From positions 1-64,000 of the forward strand of contig JALAGF010004627.1 in NCBI GenBank assembly GCA_030167865.1: a stretch of DNA of 64,000 bases, written 5' to 3'. Below are positions 61,001-64,000 of this stretch, piece by piece; position 1 is the first letter of the stretch, and each line of letters starts with the position of its first letter. The stretch comes from Craspedostauros australis. Taxonomy: Eukaryota. The position numbers and the translations under genes were made by a program. Below the pieces are notes generated by a model, which saw only the letters and a list, made by a program, of their open reading frames with translations, did not search any database and was not told the origin of the DNA.

Positions 61001-62033
61001 GGCCTCCCGGGGTGTCGGTGCTGAAGAATCCCATCTTGGTGAGCTGCGCCCACCAGTTGGCCTTGGCCTTATCCCTGGTCGATTCGATGATGCTGGCCTT
61101 GTGAATATCGTCGGAGTCTTCGCTATCCTTGAGGAATGATTGTGCCAGATACGTGTCCATCTCACGACCGCTGTAGGCGTGAATCTGTCGCCAGATGATG
61201 CCCTGCTTGATGACGTCGAAGAGGGCATCGCTATTGGCACCATTGCTCTTCCTCACGAAGGTGAGCGCGGCTGTGACCTCGTAGTACACTGCCAGCATGG
61301 AGAAGACGAAGAACATGACGGTGATGCAACCGAACCAGACCAGCGATGTCACCGTCCACCAATCCTCGATGGCTGACATGAGCGTGATGCAGAGGACCGT
61401 GACGGGGATGCCGAGGAAGAAGACGAAGAAGATCCATTCGACGACGACGTCGTTGTAGTTGTTGTTGGCGAAGAAGATGAGCTTCTTCATGAAGCTGTGT
61501 CCCGACCACAGCTCCGAGCAGAAGGTGCTGGTGAGCACCATCGCCGCTGCAAATCCGTCGATGAAGACGATGATGCAGAGCATGACCCCGATGAGCACGC
61601 CCATGTTGAAGTCCTTCGTGATGGAGGTCTGGCCGGATTGCACGGCCATGTCGAGCACGAGGAAGAGCAGCACCTGGAGGCAGAAGGCGAAAAGGATGCC
61701 TGACCAGAGAATAGCGACGGTGGTGTACAACGCCCTGAGGGCTTGGAGATTCCTGGTGCTGGTCGACATCTTCTTGACCGTGATGACGCTCTCTTCGATG
61801 GCGGGGTCGTACTGCTCCTCGAGGATGACCTGGCTGTTGTTGCTCTCGAAGACGCGCGCGGCATTGTTGCGTGAGCGGAAGCGCACGATGCTTGATGCCA
61901 CCGGCAAGGTGAAGTGGTCGACGAAGCTCTTCGCCACCATCAAATTCTCCTTCACGGAGCCCGTTGTGTTGTCGCCCTGCGTGCGTTCGGAAAACATCAC
62001 ATTGCGGTGGTCGTGGTCTGATGCCGACGCCAT
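58011..62033 (-). CDS. Multi-pass membrane protein with a C-terminal class-3 lipase domain (~1083 aa, exons 62033-60166, 59845-59312, 59118-58805, 58546-58011)
   Basis: VSIRGT, TGHSLGGG, DLVPRFD and GCH motifs, about 9 TM helices. Three GT-AG introns give a continuous 3252-nt frame. Confidence 0.88.
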
Positions 62034-64000
62034 GGTGCAATGGTTTGTGGTCTGTGTCTGTGGGTACTGTTGTTGGTGATTGGAGAAGAGTTGCGGTTGT
62101 GATGGCCGTCGCTCAGATGAGAGGCGTCTTTGTTTCCAATGCTGTTCGTCTTTTTACTGTTCGTTTGGAGGAAAGCGAGAGAGACAGCAATTGATGAAGT
62201 GCTCCCAATTGCAATTATGGGGACAGCGCAGAGCTGAGTTGAATAATCTGTGTGCTCTCTCTATCTCTCTCCTCCGTCGATGGATGTTGCTGTGGTGATG
62301 TTGTATTGGTGGGTGGTGCGTGGAGTACTCTACTTGCAGTTGTGGCGAAATGGAGGCGGTCCAACACGATCTGGCGCGGTTTTACGTGAAGGTTTGGTCG
62401 GACTCGTGCTTTGTGTTCCCGTCTGTTCGTCTCTCTGGTTCATGTCTTTGCTCATTCCTTTGTTTCTCATTTGGCGCACTCGAAGCGGGAATCAGGGAGG
62501 GGAGTCTTTGGTGATGTTCGTTGTGTTCATGGTGGATACTGGTGGGAACGCAGTCGGACTGTTTTCATCGCGCACCGCGCACTGTGGGAGGGAACAACAG
62601 AGCTTCCGATTGGTTTGTTGGCAGCAAAACGGAAAAGACGACTCCGCAGTCCCTCTTCGACGCGTTTATTCATTCCGAGGCGGCCGGACAGCGACGAACT
62701 CTTCGCGCGCTCACTTAATTCTGCAAAATGTCTTAAAAAGCTATCCTTGTACGCGGTCTCCAACATGACATCACGAGAAGTATTCTATTCTAGTACATTT
62801 GTTGTCCATGAAGGAGAAGTCGAAGCGTTTCATCCGCCATGCCAACAATCTTGTTCCAACTGTGAGAGCCACCAATGCAAGCAATTGTCTCAAGGTCGTC
62901 ATCTTCCCCATCGTTGAACAGTCGCCGTGCCGTTCAACCATGCCTGTGCATGGTATGGCAATCCACGACCTGCTCTTTGCAGTTCTGTGCATCATCCACG
63001 TCTGGTCAATCCCGTAGTGGCATTCTTCGGATTTGTTCTTCCAGCACTTTGATGAGAGGACAGAAAGGATGGAGAGAAAGAGAGCATCGGTCATCACCTC
63101 ACTAAGGCCTCCGCCATTTCCGCAAGATTCACGTCACGGGAGATGGATGAGTGGCGACACCAACGCATCGGCTGTCTTGCGCATGGTGTCGACAGAAGCC
63201 TCTTCTCCAAATTCTGCCTTCGACCAGAACAAGCTCTCAGGAGAAACATACTCGTGCTTGAAGATTGCTGAGCCGTGCCCTCGCGAGGCGTTGCGACCAC
63301 GACACATGTTTGGGAACGGGCATCACAGTTGCCGCGAATGTCATCAGACGCAGCGGATTGTCGATTCACACTTTCTGTTCTTTCCTCATTCCGCTCCGAC
63401 AAACTTTCTCATAGACGAATATCAAGATCGCAACTTCATTCATTCATTCATTCACAATGCTCAACTTCTCGATGTGTGCGTGTCTCTCGCTCACTCTATC
63501 CAGAGAGAGAGAATGTGTGGTAGACCATGGGAACATATCTTTCAGAAGAAACAGGAGGGCGGTGTGCAACGGCGTTCTTCTATTCGTACTCACATTACTG
63601 ATTATTGCCGGTCGGGACTGTTGCTCTGTCTGCGCCGCCCCCCAATGGACGTGCATCAAGTCGATCCCGACGGGGAAAGGCACAGAGCGAGAGTCGTGAC
63701 CTCTCCATCTTCGCTACCGACAACAACATCACCATTCATCCAATGATCCACACCCACATTCGCGGTAGCTTCGACATTTACATTTCACATTATCACAGTT
63801 GGAGACCGAAGCTCGGCGCTCCTGGCGCTGATTTTCACCCGACGCCCCACCTGTGGGATTCATAGCTCGTATGGTACCACGTCACAATACACTACTCTCC
63901 GTTCATCCATTCGTGGATCCACACAATTTCGTGCACGGCTTGCCCATCCCGCAGGCAGGCCATGCACGTGTTCGACGTTCGTTCGTTTGCTTGCTCCGTC

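Noticed and set aside
62250-64000. ORFs including 63033-63746 (237 aa)
   Set aside because: No recognisable motifs or coding-like composition. Probably intergenic or UTR.

Overview
Gene-dense eukaryotic genomic DNA with GT-AG spliceosomal introns. It is most likely from a diatom or other stramenopile (inference from bipartite plastid-targeting leaders, PT/PS-repeat surface proteins and a diatom-type CRAL-TRIO-like protein). Positions 1-41 kb hold ordinary single-copy genes: a GPI-anchored surface protein, a metallophosphoesterase, an FGGY kinase, an MgtE-like membrane protein, an FkbM methyltransferase, an unknown 3-exon protein, a TAF1C/Rrn6-like protein, an ankyrin protein, a CRAL-TRIO-like protein, an SDR, a thioesterase, a phosphoglycerate mutase, a TPR protein and a THUMP protein. 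A multi-TM class-3 lipase lies at 58-62 kb. The standout is a 16.4 kb four-unit tandem array at about 41.3-57.7 kb. Each unit pairs an FAD monooxygenase (+) with an intronless LRR/RNI-like gene (-). Three of the four monooxygenase copies are broken. All four LRR-like copies are intact and hypervariable right after their LxxLxL-type motifs, while neighbouring non-coding DNA is nearly identical and mosaic between units. This looks like a diversifying receptor-like gene cluster. One unit has captured a 2.4 kb foreign pseudogene. All family assignments are from motif recognition by eye; no database search was run.
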